Source of the DNA: Trueperaceae bacterium
Lineage (GTDB): Bacteria; Deinococcota; Deinococci; Deinococcales; Trueperaceae
NCBI GenBank assembly: GCA_034520945.1
Contig: JAXHNB010000009.1
Span: 128,001 to 192,000, forward strand
Length of the DNA: 64,000 nt
Reading direction: 5' to 3'
Made by a program: the position numbers and the translations under genes. The notes beneath the pieces are model-generated. The model was not told the DNA's origin. It saw only the letters and a program-made list of their open reading frames with translations, and did no database searches. This document shows, one piece after another, positions 1-9,090 of this stretch (positions are counted from its first letter, which is position 1; each line of letters opens with the position of its first letter).

Positions 1-59
1 CATGAATCCTCCACGAAATGTGCGGCGGGGCGGGCGCGCCGCCCCGCCGTGGCCTCGTC

Positions 60-1463
60 TCAGGCAGGGGTCGAGGCGCTCCGGTGGGCCAGCCAGGCGT
101 CGAAGCCGCCCTGGAGCTCGGTCGCGTCGCTGCGTCCCTGACGGCGCAGCAGCGAGGCGATGACGGCGCTGCGGCCGCCTCCCTGGCAGTGCGCCATCAG
201 CGTGCCGTCCCGGGGCAGCTCGTCCAGGTGCCAACGGACGCGACCGGCGTGCAGTTGGGTCGCGCCGTCGATGTGGTCGGCGGCGTGTTCGCTGGCGGTA
301 CGCACGTCGAGGACGCGCACGTCGTCGCGTCGTTCGACCTCGGCGGGGGGCATCAGCGGAATCTCGGCGCGCGGGAACGGCGCCAGCGTCGTGACGTAGC
401 CGGCGAAGCGGTCGATGCCGGTCCAGCTCAACTTGTCGCGCATGACGTCGGCCTGCGACGCGTCCGCGGCCAGCACCACGATCTCCTGCTCGTCGCGCTC
501 GGGGTCGATGGCGTAGCTGGCGTAGGTCGCGAAGTTGCTGCCGAAGGGCAGGAACAGGGCGTTGTTCACGGCGTCCTGGTGCCACTGGGCCATGGTGCGG
601 GTGTCGAGGAAGAGGATTTCGTTCCGCGCGAGGCGCTCAGCGACGTCAGCGGCATCCAGTTCGCGCGGCGCGTCCCGGTGGCCCAGCACGGCGGGGCCCT
701 GCTTGTTCCAGCGCTTCATGCGGCCGAAGTACGAGGGGGCGTCGGGCTGCCCCTCCAGCAGCGCGCCCGTGAAGCCGGCCGCGTCGTCTGCGGCGAGGAA
801 GTCCGCCCACCAGGCGGTGCGGCGCTCGTAGCCGACGGTGGTGCCGGGGACCGCGCCCAGCGACTTGCCGCAGGCGGAGCCGGCGCCGTGGCCGGGCCAG
901 ACCTGGACGTGGTCGGGAAGGGCGAGGAAACGGTCGCGCAGGCTGGCGAACAGGTCCTTTGCGCCCTGGTAGCGCGTGTCGACACCGCCGGCGGCCTCGT
1001 CCAGCAGATCGGGGCGCCCGACGTCGCCGACGAACACGAAGTCGCCGGTGAGGATCATCATCGGCTCGTCGCTGGTGGCGCCGTCGATCACCAGGAACGA
1101 CAGGTGTTCGGGGGTGTGGCCAGGGGTGTGCACGGCGCGCAGCACGACGTTTCCGACGGCGATCTCGCTGCCGTCGCGCAACGGGCTTCCCTCGAAGGCG
1201 TACTTCCAGTCGGCGTCGCCCATGTCGCTGAGCCAGACGCGGGCGCCGGTGCGGGCGGCCAGTTCGCGGGTGCCGGACAGGTAGTCGGCGTGAATGTGCG
1301 TCTCGGTGACGCCTACGATGGTCAGGCCGTTGGCCTCGGCGATGCGGAGGTAGGTGTCGACGTCACGGCGTGGGTCGACCACCACGGCGTGGCCGTTCTG
1401 CTGACAACCGATCACGAAACCGCCTTGGGCGAGGTCCGGATCGTAGACGTGCTGGAAGAACAT
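60..1463 (-). CDS. MBL-fold persulfide dioxygenase fused to rhodanese domains (CstB/Blh-like)
   Basis: ETHIHADY, HTPGHTPEH, TGDFVFVGDVGRPDL and PGHGAGSACGK motifs; C-terminal rhodanese with HCQGGGRS; AAAGGAG RBS before ATG 1463. Confidence 0.88.
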   Translation of the reverse strand: MFFQHVYDPDLAQGGFVIGCQQNGHAVVVDPRRDVDTYLRIAEANGLTIVGVTETHIHADYLSGTRELAARTGARVWLSDMGDADWKYAFEGSPLRDGSEIAVGNVVLRAVHTPGHTPEHLSFLVIDGATSDEPMMILTGDFVFVGDVGRPDLLDEAAGGVDTRYQGAKDLFASLRDRFLALPDHVQVWPGHGAGSACGKSLGAVPGTTVGYERRTAWWADFLAADDAAGFTGALLEGQPDAPSYFGRMKRWNKQGPAVLGHRDAPRELDAADVAERLARNEILFLDTRTMAQWHQDAVNNALFLPFGSNFATYASYAIDPERDEQEIVVLAADASQADVMRDKLSWTGIDRFAGYVTTLAPFPRAEIPLMPPAEVERRDDVRVLDVRTASEHAADHIDGATQLHAGRVRWHLDELPRDGTLMAHCQGGGRSAVIASLLRRQGRSDATELQGGFDAWLAHRSASTPA

Positions 1464-1503
1464 GGGGCTCCTTTCGGCGTCGGGGCCTCGAGTCACTCCA
1501 TCG

Positions 1504-1534
1504 AGCATATACCCCCAAGGGGTATATGCGTCAA
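1504..1534 (-). promoter_or_regulatory. Sigma70-type promoter overlapped by a CsoR/RcnR/CstR-type operator
   Basis: Perfect inverted repeat GCATATACCCC-CAA-GGGGTATATGC (1505-1529) between TTGACG (-35) and TATGCT (-10) on the minus strand. Confidence 0.8.
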
Positions 1535-1594
1535 GGCCTGCCGACGCGCCACGGCCCGAATCTGCTACCTTGCGCGTCGGAGGAACGATCCCGA

Positions 1595-2128
1595 ATGATT
1601 CAGCGCGCCCTGCGTAGCCTCACTGCATGCCTCGCCCTCGCCTTCGCGTGGACCGTGCCCGCCCTGGCCCAGAGCGGTCCCGACGACCTGGCCAGCGCCA
1701 TCCGTGACCACCCCGACCTGACCGTGCTGGCGGACCTTCTCGAAGACAGCGGCATGATGGACGACCTCGAAGGCGGGATGCGCCTGACCGTGTTCGCACC
1801 CAGCGACCGCGCCTTCGAACGGCTCGACCCGGAGGTGCGACGCATCCTGTTGCGCGACCGCGGCGCCCTGGACCTGATCCTGAGACACCACATCATCGCC
1901 GGCGCCGCGCCGCGGGCCGCGTTGCGACGCATGGACGCGGTCACCACCCTGGAGGCCACCCGCCTGTCCCTCCGGGTCGAAGGTGACGAGGTGCGCGTGG
2001 ACGGCACGCGCTTGCGCGAGGGGGGCACGCGCGCTGGCAGCGGCATGCTGTACGTGGTGGACCGCGTGCTGGTGCCGCAACGGGCCACCTCGCTCAAGGC
2101 CCTCCTGACCGGCCCGCGGAGCAACTGA
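1595..2128 (+). CDS. Secreted fasciclin (FAS1) domain protein
   Basis: Signal peptide ending ALA-Q; TVFAPSDRAF and LYVVDRVLVP FAS1 motifs; GGAGG RBS. Confidence 0.88.
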   Translation: MIQRALRSLTACLALAFAWTVPALAQSGPDDLASAIRDHPDLTVLADLLEDSGMMDDLEGGMRLTVFAPSDRAFERLDPEVRRILLRDRGALDLILRHHIIAGAAPRAALRRMDAVTTLEATRLSLRVEGDEVRVDGTRLREGGTRAGSGMLYVVDRVLVPQRATSLKALLTGPRSN

Positions 2129-2159
2129 GGCCTACGGCCGTGTCCCCTCGGGCCCGAAG

Positions 2160-3119
2160 GTGACGCCGCGACCGCTGGAACGGTGGGGCTGGCTGCTGTC
2201 GCCCGACGACCGAAGCCGGTGGCGGGCGCGGGCGCTGGTGCGCGCCCTCTTCTACGCGGTGCTCGGCGCGGCCGGCGCGAACGGTTGGATCGAGGTTCCC
2301 TGGGCCACCTTCGCGGTCCTGGTGGTCACCTCCGCGGTCGCCTTCGCGTGGCTGGCGGCCCTGGCCATCGAACCCGACCACTGGTTCCAGTGGGCGGCGG
2401 TCGTCCCCGACCTGGGGCTGTTGTTCCTGCTGACGCGGGTCACGCCGCACCCGGATCCCTGGGCGGGCCTCGCCTACGTCTGGGTGGCGGGCCTGTCGTT
2501 CGGCGCGGTGCGCGAACGCACGGGCCTGGTGGTGGTGCTGCTGGCGACCTGCGCGTGGGCCGCGTTGGCGCTGGGGGAACCGCGCGGCCCCGGCTGGATC
2601 GCCTGGGCGGTGGGGCACGCCATCGGGCTGGGCCTGATGACGGCGCTCGGCACGGTCATGGTGCGCGAGCGTCTGGAGCTCCGCCACGACCCGCTCACCG
2701 GCGTGCTCGATCGTCGCAGCGGCTTGGCGGCCCTGGAGCGACGCGTGCAGCGAGGCGAGGCGTTCTACCTGGCCTTCGTCGACCTTCGCGGCTTCAAGTC
2801 CGTCAACGACCGCCACGGACATGCCGTCGGCGACGAGGTGCTGGCGGCCGTCGCCGGCCGACTGGCGGGCGCCGTCCGCCGCCAGGACCCGGTGTTGCGG
2901 TTCGGCGGGGACGAGTTCCTGATCGCGAGCCACCATCCCGACCTGGACGACCGTTTGAGGAACGCCGTGCAGGGACCGGTCGCGACCTCCGTGGGACGGA
3001 TCCCGATCGAAGCGGACGTCGGCATCAGTCGATGGGCACCGGGCGACTCGCTCACGGAACTCGTGCAGGAGGCCGACGAACGGATGTACGGCCGCAAGGG
3101 GATGCTCGCCCCGCAATGA
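2160..3119 (+). CDS. Membrane-bound diguanylate cyclase (GGDEF)
   Basis: Several N-terminal TM segments; HDPLTG, FKSVNDRHGHAVGD, RFGGDEF. Confidence 0.9.
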   Translation: MTPRPLERWGWLLSPDDRSRWRARALVRALFYAVLGAAGANGWIEVPWATFAVLVVTSAVAFAWLAALAIEPDHWFQWAAVVPDLGLLFLLTRVTPHPDPWAGLAYVWVAGLSFGAVRERTGLVVVLLATCAWAALALGEPRGPGWIAWAVGHAIGLGLMTALGTVMVRERLELRHDPLTGVLDRRSGLAALERRVQRGEAFYLAFVDLRGFKSVNDRHGHAVGDEVLAAVAGRLAGAVRRQDPVLRFGGDEFLIASHHPDLDDRLRNAVQGPVATSVGRIPIEADVGISRWAPGDSLTELVQEADERMYGRKGMLAPQ

Positions 3120-3233
3120 GCGACGGATGGGGGTAAGGCCGTTCCGGTGACGCCTGACCCGGGAGCGTAGGATCGCGGCGCTACACTCGCGCCACGCTCG
3201 TCGCACGATTCTAAGCCCCTCGGAGGAGCCGCC

Positions 3234-5462
3234 ATGGCCGGCGAGTCGGACCCGACCTTGCACGCGCTGCCGTTGTTCGCGGGCGTGCCGAGCCAAGCGG
3301 TGACGGCCTTGCTCTCGACCGCCACCCGGCGCCAGCTCGCTGCCGGCGAGACGTTGTTCCGCGAAGGCGACCCCGCCGACGGGATGTACCTGCTGAACCA
3401 AGGACGCCTCGACGTCTTTTTGACGCGCGACGACCGCCGGGTGCCGGTCGACCAGCTCGAAGCCCCCGACCACGTGGGCGAGACCGCGCTGTCGGCCGGC
3501 CGGCCACGACCGGTCACGGTCGTCGCCCGCGAACCGTGCATCCTGTATCAACTCACGGGAGCCGACGTCGCCGCCTGGATCGCGCACCAGCCCGAGGTTC
3601 GCGACCGCCTGGACCGTGAGGTCGAACGGCGCCTGGGCCGCGCGCGCCTGGCCGTCATTCTCGGTGACGCCTTCGGCGCGAACGACCCGGCGTCGGTCCG
3701 CGAACTGGCCGTACGGCTGCAGTGGACCCTGCTCCGCCGCGGCGACACCCTGTTCGCCGAAGGGGACCCCGCCGATCACGCCTACGTATTGGCGTCCGGG
3801 CGCCTTCGCCTGGACCGCGCCGACGACACGCCCACCGCCGTCGGCGAGATCGCCCCGGGCGACGTGCTGGGGGAGGCCTCCATGTTGACCCGCACCCCCC
3901 GCACCGCCAGCTGCGTCGCCCTTCGCGACAGCCGGCTGGTCCGCCTGTCGCGCGAGGAGGTCGAGGCCCACCCTGCGCTGATGGCGTTCGTGGCGCGACG
4001 CGTGGCGCGACGCTCACTGCGCCGGACCCGTCGCTGGATCCGCCGACCCCGAACGATCGCGCTGGTGCCGGCCGAACCCTCGCTGCCGCTGGCGGAGGTG
4101 GGGGCGGGGTTGTGCGACGCGCTGGCGCCGCACGGGGAGGTGCGGATGGTCGAACGCAGGCGCCTGGCGCGCGTCTTCGGCCGCGCCGACGTCGCCGACC
4201 GGCTGGAGGACCTCGCCCTGCTCGATTGGTTGGAACGCGAGGAGGGGGCGTGCGAGCACCTGGTGTTCCTGGCCGATCCGCACGCCTCCCCCTGGACCGA
4301 ACGTTGCCTGCGGCAGGCCGACCGCGTCGCGGTGGTCGCTCGGGGCGACGCCACCGGCCCGCCGACCGCGATCGAGCGGCACCTCGCCACCCGGCTCGCC
4401 GGTGTGCCCGCCGACCTGGTCCTGCTGCACGCGAACGAGGCCATGGTCCAGCCCGGAACGGCGGCGTGGCTGGCGCCGCGGCACGTGCGGGCGCACCATC
4501 ACCTGCGCACCTCGCAACCCGAGGACTACGGAAGGGTGGCGCGACACCTGAGCGACCGCGCCCGCATCCTGGTCCTTTCCGGCGGCGGCGCCCGTGGCTA
4601 CGTCCACATCGGTCTGATCGCGGCACTCGAGGGGCGCCGCCTCCGCGCGGACGCGGTGGTGGGCACCAGCATGGGGGCGATCGTGGGCGGAAACTATGCC
4701 CTGAGCGGAACCTATGTCTACACGGAACGTTCGGCCCGCACCTTCGGCGACCGCAAGCGCCTGATCGACACCACCCTGCCGCTGGTCGCCCTGTCGCGCT
4801 CCAAGGGCCTCACCGACGCATGCCACGGCATGTACGGCGACGCGCACCTGGAGGACATGGTCCTGCCCTTCGCCTGCGTCTCGTCCAGCGTGGGCAGGGC
4901 CGAGGCCGTCGTGCACCAACACGGGCCGCTCTGGCGTGCCGTGCGGGCCAGCACCGCGATTCCCGGCATCTTCACGCCCATCCTCGAGGACGGCGACGTG
5001 CTGGTCGACGGCGGCGTGATGAACGCCTTTCCGGTCGATCTGGCCCGGCAACGTTTCGGGCAGGGACCGCTGATCGCCTCCAACGCCTATGGCGCCCACG
5101 GGACCGAGGAGGCGTACCGCTTCGGGGATCACGTGTCGGGCTGGTCGGCCCTCGCCCAGAAGCTGCTGCCGCGCCAGCGCCGGGCGGTGCACGCCCCTTC
5201 GATGATGAAGATCCTGATGCGCGCTTCGACCCTGCTCAGCCACGCACGATTGGCGTCGCTCGGCGCCGAAGCCGACCTCTTGGTGCGCTACCCCACCGAC
5301 GACGTCGGCAGCCTCGACTTCGACCGCGTGGACGAGTTGATCGCCCTCGGGCGCACGCACGGCGAGGAGACCCTGGCCGCCTACGACCCCTGGGGGGTCG
5401 GCACGCCCCTCAGGCCACCTCGGCCCACGCCCGATCCGACCCGGGACGAACGTCCCTACTAG
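3234..5462 (+). CDS. Cyclic-nucleotide-binding patatin-like phospholipase (NTE family)
   Basis: Two cNMP-binding domains (LFREGDPAD, LFAEGDPAD); patatin motifs LSGGGARG, GTSMG and DGG. Confidence 0.9.
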   Translation: MAGESDPTLHALPLFAGVPSQAVTALLSTATRRQLAAGETLFREGDPADGMYLLNQGRLDVFLTRDDRRVPVDQLEAPDHVGETALSAGRPRPVTVVAREPCILYQLTGADVAAWIAHQPEVRDRLDREVERRLGRARLAVILGDAFGANDPASVRELAVRLQWTLLRRGDTLFAEGDPADHAYVLASGRLRLDRADDTPTAVGEIAPGDVLGEASMLTRTPRTASCVALRDSRLVRLSREEVEAHPALMAFVARRVARRSLRRTRRWIRRPRTIALVPAEPSLPLAEVGAGLCDALAPHGEVRMVERRRLARVFGRADVADRLEDLALLDWLEREEGACEHLVFLADPHASPWTERCLRQADRVAVVARGDATGPPTAIERHLATRLAGVPADLVLLHANEAMVQPGTAAWLAPRHVRAHHHLRTSQPEDYGRVARHLSDRARILVLSGGGARGYVHIGLIAALEGRRLRADAVVGTSMGAIVGGNYALSGTYVYTERSARTFGDRKRLIDTTLPLVALSRSKGLTDACHGMYGDAHLEDMVLPFACVSSSVGRAEAVVHQHGPLWRAVRASTAIPGIFTPILEDGDVLVDGGVMNAFPVDLARQRFGQGPLIASNAYGAHGTEEAYRFGDHVSGWSALAQKLLPRQRRAVHAPSMMKILMRASTLLSHARLASLGAEADLLVRYPTDDVGSLDFDRVDELIALGRTHGEETLAAYDPWGVGTPLRPPRPTPDPTRDERPY

Positions 5463-5492
5463 GCCCCACCCGACCCCGCGTAGTCTTACCAG

Positions 5493-5588
5493 CGTAGGGA
5501 CGGGACGAACGACGAGACGGTTTCTCCCTCTCTCTCTCCGAGGCGATCGCGCCCGACGCGCCAGGACCGCGTACGGGCGCGATCGTTT
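5493..5588 (+). ncRNA. Candidate small RNA with CU-rich tract and terminal hairpin
   Basis: TAGTCT -10-like hexamer at 5481-5486; TTTCTCCCTCTCTCTCTCC tract at 5521-5539; about 17-bp stem at 5544-5585 followed by TTT. Confidence 0.35.
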
Positions 5589-5644
5589 GGGGCAGGTGCA
5601 CACGCCCGCGTTGCACCGAATCTCGCCCTGCTAGATTGGTGAAT

Positions 5645-6094
5645 GTGATCGACGCTTCGCTCCGGACCTTTCTGGGACGCGAGGAGAGCTACGCCCTCCA
5701 CGCCCTGATCTACGCCGCCGAGAACCCGGGGGCGAGTGCGGCACGCATCGCCCAGGACCTGGCCATGCCGGCGGCGTTCATGGCCAAGGTCCTGGGCAAG
5801 CTGGCGCAGGCCGGCCTGATCGAGAACCGCATGGGCCGACACGGCGGGGTGCATCCCGTGCCCGGCACGCGGCAGGCCACCCTGCTGCAGGTGATCGAGG
5901 CCATCTCCGGGCCGTTCGTGATGGACACCTGCCAGGCGCAGGCCGAGTGCATCACCACGCGCCGCAAGGGGTACTGCCGGCTCAACGTCGCCTACCACCA
6001 GGCTGGGGCCGAGATCCGCACGATCCTGATGGGCGTGCGCGTCGACGACCTGGCCGACGCGCCCCAGGGCGAGGTCCCGCGCCCGGCGTCGTGA
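5645..6094 (+). CDS. Rrf2 family transcriptional regulator (three Cys, likely Fe-S)
   Basis: YALHALIY, KVLGKLAQAGLI, GRHGG, TLLQVIEAISG; C-x5-C-x8-C; GTG 7 nt after TAGATT. Confidence 0.88.
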   Translation: MIDASLRTFLGREESYALHALIYAAENPGASAARIAQDLAMPAAFMAKVLGKLAQAGLIENRMGRHGGVHPVPGTRQATLLQVIEAISGPFVMDTCQAQAECITTRRKGYCRLNVAYHQAGAEIRTILMGVRVDDLADAPQGEVPRPAS

Positions 6095-6762
6095 CCGACC
6101 TGCAGGTCCTGGCGCGCTGCCCGCTCTTCGCCGAGCTGGCCCATGACGACCTGGCGGCCTTGGCGGACATCGCCGTGCGTCGCCAGCAGCAGGCGGGCCA
6201 GACGCTGTTCCTCGCCGGCGACCGCCCCGAGGGCCTTCACGTGGTCGTCCGGGGTCGGATCCGCATCCAGGTGGCGTCGCCCGAGACGGGCCGACCGCTG
6301 GTGCTCACGGTCGAACATCCCTACCACGCGGTCGCCGAATTGCCCTCGTTCGACGGCGGTCCCTACCCGGCCCACGGCGAGGCGGAGGTGGCCAGCGAGA
6401 CCGTGTTCCTGCCGCAGGACCGGCTCGATCGCCTGTTGGACACGCGGCCCCGCCTGTCACGCGTGCTGCTGCGAACCCTGGGCAGGCGCCTCCGTCGCCT
6501 GGTGGGCCTCATCGAGCGGCTGTCGTTCCAGGAGGTCGTCCAGCGCCTGGCCGGCCACCTGCTGGACCGGGCGCACGGCGGTCTTCCCTTCGAGCTCGAC
6601 ACCAACGCCGCCATCGCCGCGGCGCTCGGCACCGTGCCGGAGCTGGCCAGCCGCAACCTGTCGCGGCTGGCGCAGCAGGGCGCGATCACGCTGGACGGAC
6701 GCACGGTGACCGGCATCGACGCGCAGGCGCTGGCCGAGCTGGCGGGCCGCGCGAGCCGCTGA
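6091..6762 (+). CDS. Crp/Fnr family transcriptional regulator
   Basis: cNMP-like domain (CPLFAEL, LFLAGD) and C-terminal HTH (IAAALGTVPELASRNLSRL); GTG overlaps the Rrf2 stop. Confidence 0.88.
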   Translation: MTDLQVLARCPLFAELAHDDLAALADIAVRRQQQAGQTLFLAGDRPEGLHVVVRGRIRIQVASPETGRPLVLTVEHPYHAVAELPSFDGGPYPAHGEAEVASETVFLPQDRLDRLLDTRPRLSRVLLRTLGRRLRRLVGLIERLSFQEVVQRLAGHLLDRAHGGLPFELDTNAAIAAALGTVPELASRNLSRLAQQGAITLDGRTVTGIDAQALAELAGRASR

Positions 6763-6832
6763 GGCCGGCGCCCCGCCGCCGTCTCCACCCACGTCATGGC
6801 GACGACCGTGGCGGCGACGCACGATGAGGGGC

Positions 6833-7063
6833 ATGAACGGTACCGAGCCTCCCCTGGATCGACCGACCCGCATGCGCATCGACGCGGCGCGCTGTCAGCG
6901 GGGGCGCCTGTGCCAGCTGCTGGCCCCCGAGATCGAACGTGAGCGACCCATCGCCGTCACCTCCGCGACGTTGGAGGCGATGGCCGCCTGCCCGACCGGC
7001 GCGCTGGGCTGGGACGAAACCGAGCCGTCCGCCGACGCCGCGGACGGCGATGCCGACGGCTGA
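6833..7063 (+). CDS. Small ferredoxin-like protein
   Basis: IDAARCQRGRLCQLLAPE...AMAACPTGAL, a three-Cys single-cluster ferredoxin pattern. Confidence 0.75.
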   Translation: MNGTEPPLDRPTRMRIDAARCQRGRLCQLLAPEIERERPIAVTSATLEAMAACPTGALGWDETEPSADAADGDADG

Positions 7064-7075
7064 GGCGAGCACGGC

Positions 7076-7501
7076 GTGAGCCGCGTTCAGGCCGCGTTCG
7101 TGCGCACCGCCGCTGCGTACCTCGTGGCCACCGGCGCACTGGGGGTGGCGTTTTTGTTCGAGCCGCCCTGGACGTGGGCGTTCCGCGTGGTGCACGTGCA
7201 CGCAGGCATTTTGGGCTTCTTCTTGTCGCTGGTGATGGGCGTGGCGTTCTGGCTGCTGCCGCGGCCCGGCGGTCGGCGCTTGCCGCGCCGGGAAGCATGG
7301 GCGTACGCGGCGTTTCACGGCGGCCTGCTGCTGCGTCTGGCATTGGAGCCGTGGTGGCGGTTGGGGGGCCCGCCAGCGCTGCACGGGCTGGTGATCGTGG
7401 GCAGCGTCGCCACGCTGGTGGGCATGGCGATCTTCGCCGCCGAGGCGTGGCGCCGGGCCACCACCCCCGAGGCGCTGCGGCGGGCCCGCGAGGGCGCCTG
7501 A
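7076..7501 (+). CDS. Four-TM membrane protein with conserved His (NnrS/heme-copper-oxidase-fragment-like)
   Basis: HVHAGILGFFLSLVMGVAFWLLPR motif; four hydrophobic segments. Confidence 0.6.
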   Translation: MSRVQAAFVRTAAAYLVATGALGVAFLFEPPWTWAFRVVHVHAGILGFFLSLVMGVAFWLLPRPGGRRLPRREAWAYAAFHGGLLLRLALEPWWRLGGPPALHGLVIVGSVATLVGMAIFAAEAWRRATTPEALRRAREGA

Positions 7502-7605
7502 GCCGCGCCGGACGCAACGCGCCCGGCCACACGAAACGTCGTCACCCGCGGACGTGGTAGCGTCAGGCACGATCGCCCCGGCCGCCCGGGGCCTAGGAGG
7601 TCGAC

Positions 7606-9072
7606 ATGCCGTCCCCCAACCCCGAGACCGCCGACATCGGCCTCATCGGCCTGGCCGTGATGGGCCAGAACCTCGTCTTGAACATGACCGACCACGACGT
7701 CTCCGTCGCCGTGTACAACCGCACCGAGTCGGTCACCCGCGAGTTCGTGGAGGGCCGTGCCGCGGACGTGCCGGTCATCCCCGCCGTGTCGCTGGAGGAC
7801 CTCGTCGACACATTGGCCCGCCCGCGCAAGATCATGCTGATGGTCAAGGCCGGGCAGGTGGTCGACATGGTCCTCGACGAGCTGGTCCCGCTGCTGGACG
7901 AAGGCGACATCGTGCTGGACGGCGGCAACAGCCACTACCCGGACACGCGCCGCCGGGCCGAGGCGTTGAATGCGCGCGGCATCCGCTTCCTCGGCGTCGG
8001 CGTGTCCGGCGGGGAGGAAGGGGCGCGCAACGGGCCCAGCATCATGCCCGGCGGCGACCGCGACGCCTACGAGCAGGTCGCGCCCATCCTGCGCGCCATC
8101 GCCGCCAAGGCGCCCGACGGCGAGCCGTGCGTGGACTGGCTGGGCGAGGACGGCGCCGGCCACTTCGTGAAGATGGTGCACAACGGCATCGAGTACGGCG
8201 ACATGCAGCTCATCGCCGAGGCGTACCACCTGATGCGCGAGGGGCTGGGCATGACGCCGGAGGCGATGCAGCGGGTGTTCTCTACCTGGAACGACGGGGT
8301 GCTGGACAGCTACCTGATCGAGATCACCGCCGACATCCTGAACACGCACGACGAGGACGGTGCCCTGGTGCTGGACACCGTCCTCGACACCGCCGGCCAG
8401 AAGGGCACCGGCCGTTGGACCGCGATCGACGCCCTGGAGCAGGGGGTTCCCCTCACCCTGATCGACGAGGCGGTGGCGGCCCGCTCGCTGTCGGCGGCCA
8501 AGGAGGAGCGGGTGCGCGCCTCGTCGGTGCTGCACGGCACCGAGCACGAGCACGACGGCGATGACGAAGCGTTCCTGAACGACCTGCACGACGCCCTCTA
8601 CGCCAGCAAGATCGTGGGCTACGCCCAGGGCATCGCCCTCATGCGCGAGGCGTCGCGCACGCACGAATGGACGCTCGATCCCGGCAAGGCCGCCGCGCTG
8701 TGGCGCGCCGGTTGCATCATTCGCAGCCGCTTCCTGAACGACATCACGCAGGCCTTCCGCAGCGACCAGGGGCTCGACAACCTGCTGCTGGCCCCGTTCT
8801 TCACGGACGCGGTCCACCAGGCGCAGGAAGGCTGGCGCCGCACCGTGGCGCGGGCCGTCACCTTCGGCGTGCCGGTGCCCGCCATGTCCGCCGCGTTGAC
8901 GTTCTTCGACGGCTACCGCACGGCCAACGGCCCGGCCAACCTCATTCAGGCGCAGCGCGACTACTTCGGCGCGCACACCTACGAGCGCGTCGACCGGCCA
9001 CGCGGCCAACGCTTCCATTTCGACTGGATCGGTTCCGGCGGCGGCGTCACCTCGGGCGGGTACGACGCCTGA
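7606..9072 (+). CDS. gndA: NADP-dependent 6-phosphogluconate dehydrogenase
   Basis: GLIGLAVMGQNL, KMVHNGIEYGDMQ, QKGTGRW, QAQRDYFGAHTYER; AGGAGG RBS. Confidence 0.97.
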   Translation: MPSPNPETADIGLIGLAVMGQNLVLNMTDHDVSVAVYNRTESVTREFVEGRAADVPVIPAVSLEDLVDTLARPRKIMLMVKAGQVVDMVLDELVPLLDEGDIVLDGGNSHYPDTRRRAEALNARGIRFLGVGVSGGEEGARNGPSIMPGGDRDAYEQVAPILRAIAAKAPDGEPCVDWLGEDGAGHFVKMVHNGIEYGDMQLIAEAYHLMREGLGMTPEAMQRVFSTWNDGVLDSYLIEITADILNTHDEDGALVLDTVLDTAGQKGTGRWTAIDALEQGVPLTLIDEAVAARSLSAAKEERVRASSVLHGTEHEHDGDDEAFLNDLHDALYASKIVGYAQGIALMREASRTHEWTLDPGKAAALWRAGCIIRSRFLNDITQAFRSDQGLDNLLLAPFFTDAVHQAQEGWRRTVARAVTFGVPVPAMSAALTFFDGYRTANGPANLIQAQRDYFGAHTYERVDRPRGQRFHFDWIGSGGGVTSGGYDA

Positions 9073-9090
9073 TGCCGGGACGCTGATCGG

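Noticed and set aside
23..49. GC hairpin as a REP or ncRNA family
   Set aside because: It is a single intergenic stem-loop with no related copies among the other hairpins in the window
3234..5462. Patatin as a CBASS effector
   Set aside because: It has the cNMP-NTE architecture, and no CD-NTase is nearby
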